From Thermoplasmatota archaeon (GTDB taxonomy: Archaea > Thermoplasmatota > E2 > JACPAO01 > JAHFTW01): a stretch of DNA of 64,000 nucleotides. The stretch spans positions 64,001 through 128,000 of the forward strand of contig JBFIHX010000005.1 in the NCBI GenBank assembly GCA_041601615.1, in the 5' to 3' direction. Shown here piece after piece: positions 10,748 to 20,438 of the stretch. The notes below the pieces were generated by a model, which saw nothing but the letters and a program-made list of their open reading frames with translations, made no database searches and was not told the origin of the DNA. Every line of letters begins with the position of its first letter. The stretch's first letter is position 1. The translations under genes were made by a program, and so were the position numbers.

Positions 10748-11548
10748 GTGGCGAAGCTGACAGAATTCCCGGAAGAGGGCGAACTGGTCGTCGGGACCGT
10801 GACGAAGGTCCAGAACTTCGGGGCGTTCATTGCACTGGAAGAATACCCGGGCAAGGAAGGCTTCGTTCACATTCGCGAAGTCGCCAGCGGCTGGGTCAAG
10901 CGCATCCGTGACTTCGTTCGCGAGCAGCAGCGCGTGGTCTGCAAGGTCCACGGCGTCAACTCCAAGAAAGGCCACGTCGACCTTTCCCTGAAGTCCGTCA
11001 ACGACCACCAGCGCCGCGAAACCATCCAGCGCTGGAAGAACGAACAGAAGGCAGACAAATTGCTCGAGATGTTCGCCGAGCGCATCGGCAAACCCGTCGA
11101 AGAAATCAGCGACCTCGTCGCCCGCCCCCTCCTCGACGTCTGGGAAAACCTGTACGATGCCTTCACCGAGGCCGCCGAATACGGCCACCAAGTGTTCATC
11201 GATGAGAAAATCGAAGCCGACTGGTCCGAGGAATTCGTCGCATTTGCCGCCGAAAACATCCAGGCCCAATTCGTCGAAGTACACGGCTTCGTGGACGTCC
11301 ACAGCACCGCCCCCGACGGCGTCAAGGCCGTTCAAAAGGCGCTCACCGACGCGGAGAAATCCGAATTCGACGACGTCATCATCAAAGTCACCTACAAGGG
11401 CGCTCCCCTGTACCGCATCGACGTACAGGCTCCCGACTTCAAAATCGGAGAAGAGCAACTCAAGAAGGCAGCCGACCGCGCGATTGCCATCATGACGAAG
11501 GCAGGCGGCACCGGCAGCTACCGCCGGGAACTCGAGGAGGACAAGTAG
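10748..11548 (+). CDS. eif2a: Translation initiation factor 2 alpha subunit
   Basis: S1 domain FPEEGELVVGTV..FGAFIALEEYPGKEGFVHIREV; GTG start at 10748; standard eif2a-nop10-PAC2 gene order. Confidence 0.96.
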   Translation: MAKLTEFPEEGELVVGTVTKVQNFGAFIALEEYPGKEGFVHIREVASGWVKRIRDFVREQQRVVCKVHGVNSKKGHVDLSLKSVNDHQRRETIQRWKNEQKADKLLEMFAERIGKPVEEISDLVARPLLDVWENLYDAFTEAAEYGHQVFIDEKIEADWSEEFVAFAAENIQAQFVEVHGFVDVHSTAPDGVKAVQKALTDAEKSEFDDVIIKVTYKGAPLYRIDVQAPDFKIGEEQLKKAADRAIAIMTKAGGTGSYRRELEEDK

Positions 11549-11727
11549 TGGCGCATGTCCTCCTGAAGCGCTGCTCTTCGTGCCGAGACTACACGCTCCA
11601 GGAAACCTGCCCCCACTGTGGCGCCCGCGCCGACCCCAACCGGCCCGCCAAGTTCAGCCCCGAAGACCACCACGGTGCGTACCGTCGCAAGCTGAAGATC
11701 CTCACGCGCGACGAAAACAAGGACTAG
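11548..11727 (+). CDS. nop10: H/ACA RNP protein Nop10
   Basis: Manual translation MAHVLLKRCSSCRDYTLQETCPHCGARADPNRPAKFSPEDHHGAYRRKLK... (59 aa, below the ORF-track cutoff); CxxC/CxxC and PAKFSPED motifs. Confidence 0.95.
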   Translation: MAHVLLKRCSSCRDYTLQETCPHCGARADPNRPAKFSPEDHHGAYRRKLKILTRDENKD

Positions 11728-11735
11728 GGGTGACC

Positions 11736-12488
11736 ATGAGCGACTTGATGCGGTTCCGGGAACACAAGGCGCCCACGGTCAAGAACCCGGTCTTCGTCGA
11801 AGGCCTCCCGGGTGTCGGCAACGTCGGAAAACTCGCCGCCCAACACCTCGTGGACGCCCTCGGCGCCACCCTCTGGTTCGACATCTTCAGCCACGACTTC
11901 CCACCCCAGGTCACCATCGAACCCAATGGCACCGTCCGCTTGGTACGCAACCAAGTCTGGGTCGCCCCCAGCAAAAAAGGCGACCTCGTTCTCCTGACCG
12001 GCGACTACCAGCCGCTGAGCAGCGCCGGACAATTCGCCCTCGTCGAAGGCGTACTGGACCTCATCGAGCCACTTGGCTGCAAGAGCATGTACACCCTCGG
12101 CGGCTTCGGCCTCGGCACCTCCATTGACGACCCCGGCGTCCTAGGTGCTGCCACGGACGAAGCCATGGTCGATGAACTCACCAGCCACGGCGTCACCTTC
12201 CAAGACGACGAACCCACCGGCGGCATCATCGGCGCCAGCGGCCTATTTCTAGGCCTCGGCATGGAACGCGGCATGCGAGGCGCCTGCCTCATGGGCGAAA
12301 CCAGCGGCTACATGGTCGACCCCGCCGCCGCCCGCGCCGTGCTGCGCGTGCTCGGAAAGATCCTGGGCCGGGAAATTGATATGACCGACCTTGAAGAAAA
12401 GGCGTCCGAAATTGACCGGATTACGCAGCAGTTGCACGACGCAGAGGTCGCGGCGAGAGAGCCGGGCGATTTGCATTATATTGGGTAG
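11736..12488 (+). CDS. PAC2 / proteasome assembly chaperone family protein
   Basis: VEGLPGVGNVGKLA, TLGG, GGIIGASGL, CLMGETSGY..DP motifs; follows nop10. Confidence 0.92.
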   Translation: MSDLMRFREHKAPTVKNPVFVEGLPGVGNVGKLAAQHLVDALGATLWFDIFSHDFPPQVTIEPNGTVRLVRNQVWVAPSKKGDLVLLTGDYQPLSSAGQFALVEGVLDLIEPLGCKSMYTLGGFGLGTSIDDPGVLGAATDEAMVDELTSHGVTFQDDEPTGGIIGASGLFLGLGMERGMRGACLMGETSGYMVDPAAARAVLRVLGKILGREIDMTDLEEKASEIDRITQQLHDAEVAAREPGDLHYIG

Positions 12489-12666
12489 GTGGATTGGCTT
12501 TGCCGGGGGTGTTGGGGTTGGGTGGGATAATAACTTGTTAGTCCGCCCGTAGGATTTCTTCGGCAGCGAATGGTGTGGCTGCAAACTCCCGCTGCATGCA
12601 GATCCCAGAAAATGGCCAGCAAAAGTGAAAACCTCCAGGGCCAATACAAACCTTGAGTGCAACGGA

Positions 12667-13188
12667 ATGGACGCCATCTTACAAGCGATTGACGAAGCCC
12701 TGGCATCAAAAAATTGGCATGCCGCGCTCTTCATGTCCCTTTCCGCCCCAGATGTTTGCGCTTCGCTATGCTCCGAAACCGGCAAGAGCAACCGAACCAT
12801 GTATGCCGACTGGTTCAACGAATACGTCGGCAAACGCTACAAGAGGCAGGCTTCGGCGTTTATGGAAGAACACACGTTTCTCTCTGGCAACGACTGCTAC
12901 GCGCTTCGGTGTACTGCATTGCATCGAGGGGACGTAGATATCAGCGATGAACGCTGTCGTGAAGCGCTTGACTCGTTCCACTTCACAACGACTGGATCGC
13001 ACTGCAACCAAGTCGAGGGGGTACTCCAACTCGATGTTCGGACGTTTTGCCAGGACATTTGTGCAGGCGTCCGCGAATGGGAGTCGCGATGGATTTGCAA
13101 CGATTCCCAGCATGAGTCGAAGAAGGCGCAGCTGCTTACGATCCACACTGGACCCAGCACCGTCGGCGGAATGGTGCGTTTTGGCTAG
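12667..13188 (+). CDS. Hypothetical protein, putative HEPN-like RNase
   Basis: Helical protein with WHAALFMSLSAPDVC and an Rx4H motif (RCTALH, 12907-12924); lower GC than flanks. Confidence 0.6.
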   Translation: MDAILQAIDEALASKNWHAALFMSLSAPDVCASLCSETGKSNRTMYADWFNEYVGKRYKRQASAFMEEHTFLSGNDCYALRCTALHRGDVDISDERCREALDSFHFTTTGSHCNQVEGVLQLDVRTFCQDICAGVREWESRWICNDSQHESKKAQLLTIHTGPSTVGGMVRFG

Positions 13189-13279
13189 CGGCCTAAGAGG
13201 TCACTCAACCCGACCTCTCCCTTCGATCGTGGCGGCTTACCTCAACCGTTAGGCAGTGGTGGAGTTGCGCTCCCCGCCG

Positions 13280-13636
13280 TTACGAAATGTATGAAATTAC
13301 GAGCTTGCGAGCCCGTTGTCGGATGTCTCGGTGCACCTTGCCTTGCTTCTTCGTAATCCAGTGGTGCTTCATGGTCACGACGGTTTCGGTGTCGATGTGC
13401 GACTTCTTCCTCATTGACCCTTGATCCCAATGCGTGGGCTTGACCTCGACGAATGCCGCACCCGTTCCGGACCCACTTGTCATGGCACAGCAAAGATACT
13501 GTTCACCGTGCCCCGGGTATGCGTCATTGCTCAAGATGAGCCACGGTCGTTGGCCGCCAGTCACGAGTTCAGGATCGTCGTCATGGTACGCGTCAGGGCC
13601 CCAAACGACGTCCCCCACGGAATACGGCGCAGACAT
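13280..13636 (-). CDS. PemK/MazF-like toxin
   Basis: YSVGDVVWGPD..QRPWLILSND..CAMTS, matching the PemK-type RPxxxxS pattern. Confidence 0.8.
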   Translation of the reverse strand: MSAPYSVGDVVWGPDAYHDDDPELVTGGQRPWLILSNDAYPGHGEQYLCCAMTSGSGTGAAFVEVKPTHWDQGSMRKKSHIDTETVVTMKHHWITKKQGKVHRDIRQRARKLVISYIS

Positions 13637-13960
13637 CTAGAACCAATCGTCCGGGTTTTCAGGGCCAAGGCGCTTGTTTAGGTCCAGTGTCGTTGCATGA
13701 ATCATGGCTAGTTTTGCACCTTCCAGCTCGGCAGGTTGGAACCAGTAGACCCCCTGCTTGTCCAAGAGCCCGCGTTGCAGCAGTCGGCGAAGAACCGCTC
13801 CGAGAGTGTGGATTTCAATTCCGAGTGCATCCGCGATTTCAACGGAGCGCCAAGCTTCACCGGGTGTTGCGCGAATGAAGCTCATCACGCGCGTGGGATT
13901 TGAGTCGCCTGTGTCGCTGGCACGAGCGCCTTTGAGGAGGGTTGCTACCGCCATGGACAT
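13637..13960 (-). CDS. Winged-helix protein, putative antitoxin
   Basis: EIADALGIEIHTLGAVLRRLLQRGLLDKQGVYW HTH; abuts the PemK gene upstream. Confidence 0.75.
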   Translation of the reverse strand: MSMAVATLLKGARASDTGDSNPTRVMSFIRATPGEAWRSVEIADALGIEIHTLGAVLRRLLQRGLLDKQGVYWFQPAELEGAKLAMIHATTLDLNKRLGPENPDDWF

Positions 13961-14058
13961 ACTGACTCATATGTTAGTCATCTAGGATAAGCCTGCCGCG
14001 GGGTGCGACGAAACTACCCCCATCCTACAAATCGCTCAAGCCGACCACACGCTGCGCA

Positions 14059-14223
14059 TATGGCGGCCTTTCTCAGTACTTCGACGCCCTCGCCCTCGGC
14101 CGCAACAAGGCCGACGTGAGTCGCGACGTTTCTCTGCTGGAACGCCTCGGGCTCGTGAAGACCACTCGCCGCGGCAACCAAAAATCAATCCAAGCCGCCG
14201 TCCACGCCATCGAAATTGTCTGA
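14059..14223 (+). pseudogene. Truncated HTH regulator remnant
   Basis: LGRNKADVSRDVSLLERLGLVKTTRRGNQKSI...* with no nearby in-frame start. Confidence 0.5.
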
Positions 14224-14269
14224 GCGTCATCCGACCATAACCCCTTCAACCCAGCCTGCCCTCGAACCA

Positions 14270-15922
14270 ATGATGCCGGCCATGGAGCAGTTGCCCCGCC
14301 GCTCCCGTCTTGCGCGCTTCAATGAGATTGTCAACATTCTCGTCGAAAACGACTTCTGGGGCTTGCTCCAGTCGCTCTTGAAGGGCCAGGACACGGCTCG
14401 CCCCGGCGATGACCCGGCGCCTCGCAAGCTGCGCATCATCTTCGAGCGCCTGGGGCCGACCTTCGTCAAGCTCGGGCAGCTTCTGGCGACCCGGCCGGAC
14501 CTGGTGCCACAGAGCTACGCGGAGGAATTCAAGCAACTGTACGACGGAACCAAACCGAGTCCGTTTGCCAAGATCCGCGAAGTGGTTCGGGACGAACTGG
14601 GCAAGGATCTGGAACAAGTGTTTTCGAGCTTTGATCCGGAAGCCCTCGCCAGCGCCAGCGTCGGACAAGTCCACAAGGCGGTGCTCCTGGACGGCACGCC
14701 CGTCGCGGTGAAAGTGCAGCACCCCGGCATCGAGACGAGGATGATTCTGGACTTCCAAATCCTGCGCGGCCTCGTGACCTTCATCGAGAAGACCTTTGCC
14801 GCCAGCCGCATTTGGCAACCGACGCAGCACCTTGAGGAGCTGCAACAGATGCTGGAGCGGGAGCTGGACTACCGCTACGAAATGAAGAACACGCTCCGCG
14901 TCGCACAGAATTTCGAAAATGACAACACCGTCCGCATCCCCCGCATGTTCCCGGACCACTCCTCCAAGCGCGTCTTGGTCATGGAGTTCATGGACGGCCA
15001 CAAATTTGCCAACGTCGAAGACCTAGACGGCAACGGCATCGACCGCAAGGCCGTGGCCCGCGTCATCACGCACGCCATGGCCAAGCAAATCTTCGTCCAC
15101 CGCGTATTCCACGCCGACCCCAGCCCCGGCAACATGATGGTACTCGCCTCCAACCAAGTCGCATTCTTGGACTTCGGCGCCGTGGGCGTCGTCACGGAAC
15201 GCCGCGCCAAGAACATCCTGCGGCTCATCACCGCCATCAGCAAAGGCGACACGGAAGCCAGCGGCGAGGCCGTCATCGACCTATGCGACCAGTACGGCGA
15301 GCACGATCCCAAACGGTTCCAAGTGGACACCGAGAAGCTTCTGGACTTCTTTGAGCGCGAAGAAGTAAGTGTGGCAGACCCCCGGCTCATGGAGATGATC
15401 ATGGGCCTTGCCAAGAAGCACAAAATGCTCCTGCCGCCCGACTTCATGCTCATCACCCGGGCCTTGTTCCAATTCGATGGCTTCTGCCGCGAACTCGACC
15501 CCGACTACGAACTCGTCACGGTCCTCGAACCACTCGTTGGCGAACTCGTTTGGAAGAACCTCACAAGTGCGCGCAAACAAAAAGAAATCATGGAGGAGAC
15601 CATCGGGGAGCTCCTGAAATTTGGGCGCCAACTGCCCCACACCCTCAACCAACTCGTGCGCCGCATCGATCGCAACGAAATACGCACAACCATCGACGTG
15701 GCAGGCCTCGAAGGCATCAAACAAAGCCAGGGTCGCTCCGCGCTCAAAATGAGCTTCACCATCGTCGTCGCCGCGCTCATCATTGGCCTCGGCATCGTCT
15801 ACACCGGCCCCGACCCCGACAGCCGCGTGCTGCAATTCTTGTTCGGCGCCAGTGGCATCGTCGTCCTATGGGCCTTCGTGCTCCTCATGTGGTCCGAGAT
15901 GATGAAAGGCAACCGAGAATAG
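14270..15922 (+). CDS. ubiB: UbiB/AarF (ABC1) atypical kinase
   Basis: LGPTFVKLGQ, ASASVGQVH, VAVKVQHP, FHADPSPGN, LDFG; two C-terminal TM helices. Confidence 0.93.
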   Translation: MMPAMEQLPRRSRLARFNEIVNILVENDFWGLLQSLLKGQDTARPGDDPAPRKLRIIFERLGPTFVKLGQLLATRPDLVPQSYAEEFKQLYDGTKPSPFAKIREVVRDELGKDLEQVFSSFDPEALASASVGQVHKAVLLDGTPVAVKVQHPGIETRMILDFQILRGLVTFIEKTFAASRIWQPTQHLEELQQMLERELDYRYEMKNTLRVAQNFENDNTVRIPRMFPDHSSKRVLVMEFMDGHKFANVEDLDGNGIDRKAVARVITHAMAKQIFVHRVFHADPSPGNMMVLASNQVAFLDFGAVGVVTERRAKNILRLITAISKGDTEASGEAVIDLCDQYGEHDPKRFQVDTEKLLDFFEREEVSVADPRLMEMIMGLAKKHKMLLPPDFMLITRALFQFDGFCRELDPDYELVTVLEPLVGELVWKNLTSARKQKEIMEETIGELLKFGRQLPHTLNQLVRRIDRNEIRTTIDVAGLEGIKQSQGRSALKMSFTIVVAALIIGLGIVYTGPDPDSRVLQFLFGASGIVVLWAFVLLMWSEMMKGNRE

Positions 15923-15983
15923 GTCACAGCGTCAGCAAAACCAGAAGGGACCTTTTTTCTTCTCGTGCAATGAATCCTAGGGC

Positions 15984-16499
15984 ATGAGCAAGACCCTCCC
16001 AATCCTCGTCTTCGTGGCCGCCATCCTCGCCGCAATGACCGCGATCGTCGTCTCCGGCACCATCATCGCCATCGTTCCCCTCGTCGGCATCGCCGCAGCC
16101 GTCTTTCTGCTCATGCTGCGCCACCGCGCCGGATACGTCGCTGGCGGCCTCCTGCTCATTGCCTGCCTCGTCGCGCTCTCCATGAGCATCGGGGACGTCA
16201 ATTTCAAAGGCAACGGCGCCGACACCGACGTAGAAACCGGACAAGCCATGGCCATCGCCGCCTCCGTGTTTGCCAGTACCGCCCTCATGGGCATCGCCTG
16301 GACCCGCCTCGAACCCGTCTGGATGCCCTACATCTGGCTCGTCGTCAACCTCGTAGCCCTCGGCCTCACATTTGGCCTCGGCGGCGACTACGGCAACCCC
16401 GTCGACGGCGGCAACTACGCCACCGCCTTCTTCGTCGTCCTCGCAGCCGTCCCCGGCTTGATCATCGCCATCCGAGGCGAACCGGACCTCAGTGCCTAA
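15984..16499 (+). CDS. Hypothetical integral membrane protein
   Basis: About 6 hydrophobic segments; host-like codon usage. Confidence 0.8.
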   Translation: MSKTLPILVFVAAILAAMTAIVVSGTIIAIVPLVGIAAAVFLLMLRHRAGYVAGGLLLIACLVALSMSIGDVNFKGNGADTDVETGQAMAIAASVFASTALMGIAWTRLEPVWMPYIWLVVNLVALGLTFGLGGDYGNPVDGGNYATAFFVVLAAVPGLIIAIRGEPDLSA

Positions 16500-16574
16500 C
16501 CACGCATTCCGCCCCCGCAAGACAGCCCGCATCTGGGAAAACACGGAACTAGGCAAAGCCGCCCTTCCACGCAC

Positions 16575-17078
16575 ATGCATCGAAAACGTGTCCTCGGCAT
16601 CAGCATCGCTGCGGCCGTCGCGGTTGCTGCAGGAGTCGCTTTTTTTGCCGTGCCCTTGTTTCTGCCCGAAAAAACCACACAACTGGACCAAGGCTTGCCA
16701 CCGGGCATGACCTACGGGGCAGCCACGGAGCATGCACGAGGCGGAACCCTGCGCGGCGAGGACGGCCACCGAGCAAGCGGGACGGTTCAACTCTTGGATG
16801 TGGATGGCGCCTGGTACCTACGCTTCGAAGACCTCGACATGACCGCCGGGCCCGACATCTACCTCTACCTCATCGAATCCGAAGGCAGCAGCCGCAACGA
16901 AATCGAGGCCGGCGTCCGCGTTCCCGTCGTCACCGAAGAAGACCGCAGCGCCCGCATCAACGAACGCGGCACCTTCAACGTCCAACTCCCCGACGACGTA
17001 GACCCGCAACAATACAACGGCATCAGTGTCTGGTGCGACCGCTTCGGCGTCCCCTTTGCCACCGCGCCTCTTGCCTAA
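16575..17078 (+). CDS. DM13 domain protein
   Basis: GHRASGTV..LRFED..GPDIYLYL..VWCDRFGVPF; N-terminal TM anchor. Confidence 0.88.
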   Translation: MHRKRVLGISIAAAVAVAAGVAFFAVPLFLPEKTTQLDQGLPPGMTYGAATEHARGGTLRGEDGHRASGTVQLLDVDGAWYLRFEDLDMTAGPDIYLYLIESEGSSRNEIEAGVRVPVVTEEDRSARINERGTFNVQLPDDVDPQQYNGISVWCDRFGVPFATAPLA

Positions 17079-17134
17079 CCCCCTCCGTCTCCGGCCCCCG
17101 CGCCCTTTTCAAGCCCGCCCCAGTCGCGCCCGTG

Positions 17135-18484
17135 ATGACGCTGCGAACGCTCGGCTGCGGAGAAGTCCAACCCGCGCACTACGGCACCGAACAGACCTTC
17201 GCTGGCTGGGTCCACACCCTACGCGCCAAGGGCAACATCGCCTTTTTGGAACTGCGCGACCAAACCGGCACCGTCCAGTTCGTGCTCCTGAAGAAAATGC
17301 TCGCCGAGAGCGCCCCCGGCCTCTTTGAAACCCTCACCGACGCCAGCGCCGAGAGTGCCGTGAGCATTACCGGCCTCGTCAAAGAATCAGACAAAGCCAA
17401 AGCCGGCTTCGAAGTTCTGCCCACCGCCGGCACCGTCCTCAACAAAGCCCAGACCCCGCTTCCCATGGCACTTTGGGACGAAGAAATCCACACCGGCCTC
17501 GACACCCGCCTCGACAACCGGTTCCTGGACCTGCGCGGCCCCCGCAGCGCCGCCATCTTCCGCATCCGCAGCGAAGTGCTGCGCGCCGGCCGTGAATACT
17601 TCCAGAGTCAAGGCTTCACCGAGATCACCACCAGCAACATCATCGCCGCAAGCAGCGAAGGCGGCACGGACACCTACAAAGTGGACTGGTTTGGCAAGGA
17701 ATGCTTCCTTTCGCAGTCGCCGCAACTCTACAAGCAAATGATGATGGCCAGCGGCCTCGACCGCGTCTACGAGATCGCCCGCTACTTCCGCGCTGAAAAG
17801 CACAACACCGTGCGCCACCTCAACGAAAGCACCGCCTTCGACCTGGAACTCGCCTGGATTGAGTCGGAAGAAGACGTGATGAAGATCATCGAAGGCCTCC
17901 TGCACCACATCTGGAAGGCCGTCGTCGAAAACTGCCCCCAGCACCTTGAAGCCCTCGGCGCCGATGTCCCCGTTCCCGCCCTGCCCTTCATGCGCGTCGC
18001 CTACGAAGACGCCCTCGCCATCATCAACGTCCGCGCCGGCGACCGCCTCCACGCGCCGCTTGCATTCGGCGACGACATCGGCACCGAAGCCGAAAAAATC
18101 CTCGGCGAAGCGATGCGCGAAGACGGCCACGACTTCTACTTCATCACCAAGTGGCCCCTTGCCCCCAAACCGTTCTACGTCATGCCCGAGGACGGCACCC
18201 AAAACAGCCGACTCTCGCGCAGCTTCGACCTGGACTACCGAGGCGTGGAGCTCATCAGCGGCGCTCAACGCATCCACGACCCCGAGTTGTTGGAACAAGG
18301 GATTGTGCGCTGGGGCCTGGATCCCAAAGACTTCGGGGATTACCTGGAGTCGTTCAAGTACGGCATGCCGCCGCACGGTGGATGTGGGATCGGCATCGAG
18401 CGGATTCTGATGCAGATGCTGGGCCTCAGCAACATACGCGAAGCCATTCTCTTCCCCCGCGACTTAGACCGCGTGACGCCGTAG
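17135..18484 (+). CDS. aspS: Aspartyl-tRNA synthetase (archaeal type)
   Basis: OB fold, RLDNRFLDLR, LSQSPQLYKQ, FRAEKHNT.RHLNE, GMPPHGG.GIG.ER, LFPRD. Confidence 0.96.
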   Translation: MTLRTLGCGEVQPAHYGTEQTFAGWVHTLRAKGNIAFLELRDQTGTVQFVLLKKMLAESAPGLFETLTDASAESAVSITGLVKESDKAKAGFEVLPTAGTVLNKAQTPLPMALWDEEIHTGLDTRLDNRFLDLRGPRSAAIFRIRSEVLRAGREYFQSQGFTEITTSNIIAASSEGGTDTYKVDWFGKECFLSQSPQLYKQMMMASGLDRVYEIARYFRAEKHNTVRHLNESTAFDLELAWIESEEDVMKIIEGLLHHIWKAVVENCPQHLEALGADVPVPALPFMRVAYEDALAIINVRAGDRLHAPLAFGDDIGTEAEKILGEAMREDGHDFYFITKWPLAPKPFYVMPEDGTQNSRLSRSFDLDYRGVELISGAQRIHDPELLEQGIVRWGLDPKDFGDYLESFKYGMPPHGGCGIGIERILMQMLGLSNIREAILFPRDLDRVTP

Positions 18485-18567
18485 GCGTTGCGCGGTTTGC
18501 GGGGAAGGAAGGCTGAGCGGTTGCTGAGGGCCGGGAGCGAGTCGGCGGCGAAGCCGACGGCTGGCGA

Positions 18568-18633
18568 CTCGGGTTGCCGAATATACGCGAGGCGATCCTG
18601 TTTCCGAGGGATTTGGATCGGGTTACGCCGTAG
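18568..18633 (+). repeat. Synonymously recoded copy of the aspS C-terminal 21 codons plus stop
   Basis: Translates LGLPNIREAILFPRDLDRVTP* vs gene LGLSNIREAILFPRDLDRVTP* (18419-18484). Confidence 0.93.
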
Positions 18634-18789
18634 GGTACGAGGTTTCACTTCCGCCAGCGAGGTCGGGTGGGCGTGGAAGGGTTACCTGTTCAGAGTTTCT
18701 AATCTGGATGCCGAATCTTAATCAGATTCGCCCTGCGATTGCTGCATGACCTTGCCCTTGAACCAGGTCCCGAACTGCTCGGTTCGTCG

Positions 18790-19281
18790 TTACCTAGGCA
18801 TAATTGCATCGAGGGCATCGCAGAGCCGTTTCCGGTCTGCGTGCGCTTCGCCTCCAAGCTCAGTGCCCTTGAGCGTGTTTTCTCGTGCCTTTTTTAGAGT
18901 ACCATCTCGCAGATTGTTGACGGCCTTCTCGAAAGCCTTCGTGTCAATGGTTTCTGCCTGAAGGTTCCCCTGAGCGTTGCGCAGCCGAGAATAAGCTGTC
19001 TCAATGAGGCTCATGTCCTGGTAAAATTCATTATTTTCATGATATCCACGTAGTGACAGGAAATGGGTAACTTCAACGGCTGCAGTCCTTGCATCCGCAA
19101 TGATGTCGCGAAGTCGCTGTTTTTGGGTCCGCCGACCTTCTAAATGGAAAGTGAGCCAGCCACCACCCAAGGCCAGGAAGGCACCTAAGACAACATTAAA
19201 TGGTTGAGAAGTAAGAAGTTCCCCAAGATTCACACCACTCCCATCATTTATAGATATATAGAATACTGCATCGCCCTTCAA
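18790..19281 (-). CDS. Hypothetical membrane-anchored protein (lower GC)
   Basis: One TM (VVLGAFLALGGGWLTF) followed by a helical domain; AT-richer codons. Confidence 0.6.
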   Translation of the reverse strand: MKGDAVFYISINDGSGVNLGELLTSQPFNVVLGAFLALGGGWLTFHLEGRRTQKQRLRDIIADARTAAVEVTHFLSLRGYHENNEFYQDMSLIETAYSRLRNAQGNLQAETIDTKAFEKAVNNLRDGTLKKARENTLKGTELGGEAHADRKRLCDALDAIMPR

Positions 19282-20438
19282 TCAGAAGCCCTTAATTCCT
19301 GCTGCCCCGCGCTCAACTGATAGATGCTCCCCCCATGCCCCACCACATACAACCGCCCCTCCCCATCCACCCCAAAACTCGAAATCCTCGCCTCCACCCG
19401 CCCAATGACCCGCGTTTCCCCGCTCAAACGGTCATGACTCCAAATGGTCCCTGAACAGTAGTCGCCAAACACGTACGTCCCTCGCAAAACACCCGCATCG
19501 GTATGATTCCAGACGTGTCCGCCGGTCACGGAGCAGTGCCCGCCGTCGTGGTCGTACTCTGCGACCGGGGGAACGTGTCCGGGGGCGTCGCCGTCGCGGT
19601 ATTTTTGGCTGCCCTCGTAGGTGACCCAGCCGAAGTTGAAGCCGCTGGCGCCGGGGGGTGCGTAGTCGATCTCTTCGGCGTGGTCCTGGCCTACATCTCC
19701 AATCCAGAGGCCGCCGTCGGCGTCGAAGCTGAAGCGCCAGGGGTTGCGCAGGCCGTAGTGCAGTATCCGGGGGTCTCCACCGCCGTTGAGGAATGGATTG
19801 CCGGGAGCACCCGTGGCGGGGCCGGTGCCGGATACGTCGAGCCGCAGGATGCTTCCAAGGATGGTGTGGGTGTCCTGGCCGTTGCCATGGGGGTCGGCTG
19901 CGAGGCCGCCGTCGCCGAGGCCGAGGTAGAGGAAGTCGTCGGGGCCAAACAGCACCGCGCCGCCGTTGTGGTTCGGGTAGGGTTGGTTCTGGGTGAGGAG
20001 GATTTCTTCGCGGCTTGGGTCCGGGAGGCCGTTGGTGCCGGGGGCCATCCGACTGAGCACGGTATCGCCGTCTAGGGCCGAGTAGTGAACGTATGCGGTG
20101 CCGTCGTCTGCCACCGCGAGTCCCAGGAGTCCGCGCTCGCCGCCTCCTCGCACGCGGTCGGTGATGTCGAGCCAGATCGTCCGCTCGTCGCCGCTATCGA
20201 GTCGCCAAACCTTGCCGGCTTGTTCGACCACGAGGAGGCTGCCGTTGTGGTGCGTCACAAGCGTCGGGCTCGAAAATCCCTCGGCGACGGGCACAAGTTC
20301 CAGGGTGACGTTCTCGGCGGCGGCGTAGGCGGGCACGTCGTCTCGGAACCAGCCGGTAAACAGGGTCGCGTAGACCGCAAACAGCACCAGAACCAGCACT
20401 GCAGACCCTCCCGCAAGGTACCACTGCCAGCGCTTCAC
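19278..20438 (-). CDS. PQQ-dependent glucose/sorbosone dehydrogenase family protein
   Basis: GERGLLGLA, NHNGG..FGPD..LY.GLGDGG, YGLRNPWRFSFD, GDVGQ..EEID, GDYCSG; GTG overlaps the upstream stop. Confidence 0.92.
   Translation of the reverse strand: MKRWQWYLAGGSAVLVLVLFAVYATLFTGWFRDDVPAYAAAENVTLELVPVAEGFSSPTLVTHHNGSLLVVEQAGKVWRLDSGDERTIWLDITDRVRGGGERGLLGLAVADDGTAYVHYSALDGDTVLSRMAPGTNGLPDPSREEILLTQNQPYPNHNGGAVLFGPDDFLYLGLGDGGLAADPHGNGQDTHTILGSILRLDVSGTGPATGAPGNPFLNGGGDPRILHYGLRNPWRFSFDADGGLWIGDVGQDHAEEIDYAPPGASGFNFGWVTYEGSQKYRDGDAPGHVPPVAEYDHDGGHCSVTGGHVWNHTDAGVLRGTYVFGDYCSGTIWSHDRLSGETRVIGRVEARISSFGVDGEGRLYVVGHGGSIYQLSAGQQELRASD

Noticed and set aside
12488-14270. Displaced copy of the PAC2 3' end bounding the islet
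   Set aside because: Searched by eye for an EPGDLHYIG-coding copy and found none.
18484-18633. Stop-codon readthrough producing a duplicated C-terminus
   Set aside because: The copies are out of frame with their genes (offsets 149, 164, 113, 94 and 104 nt).
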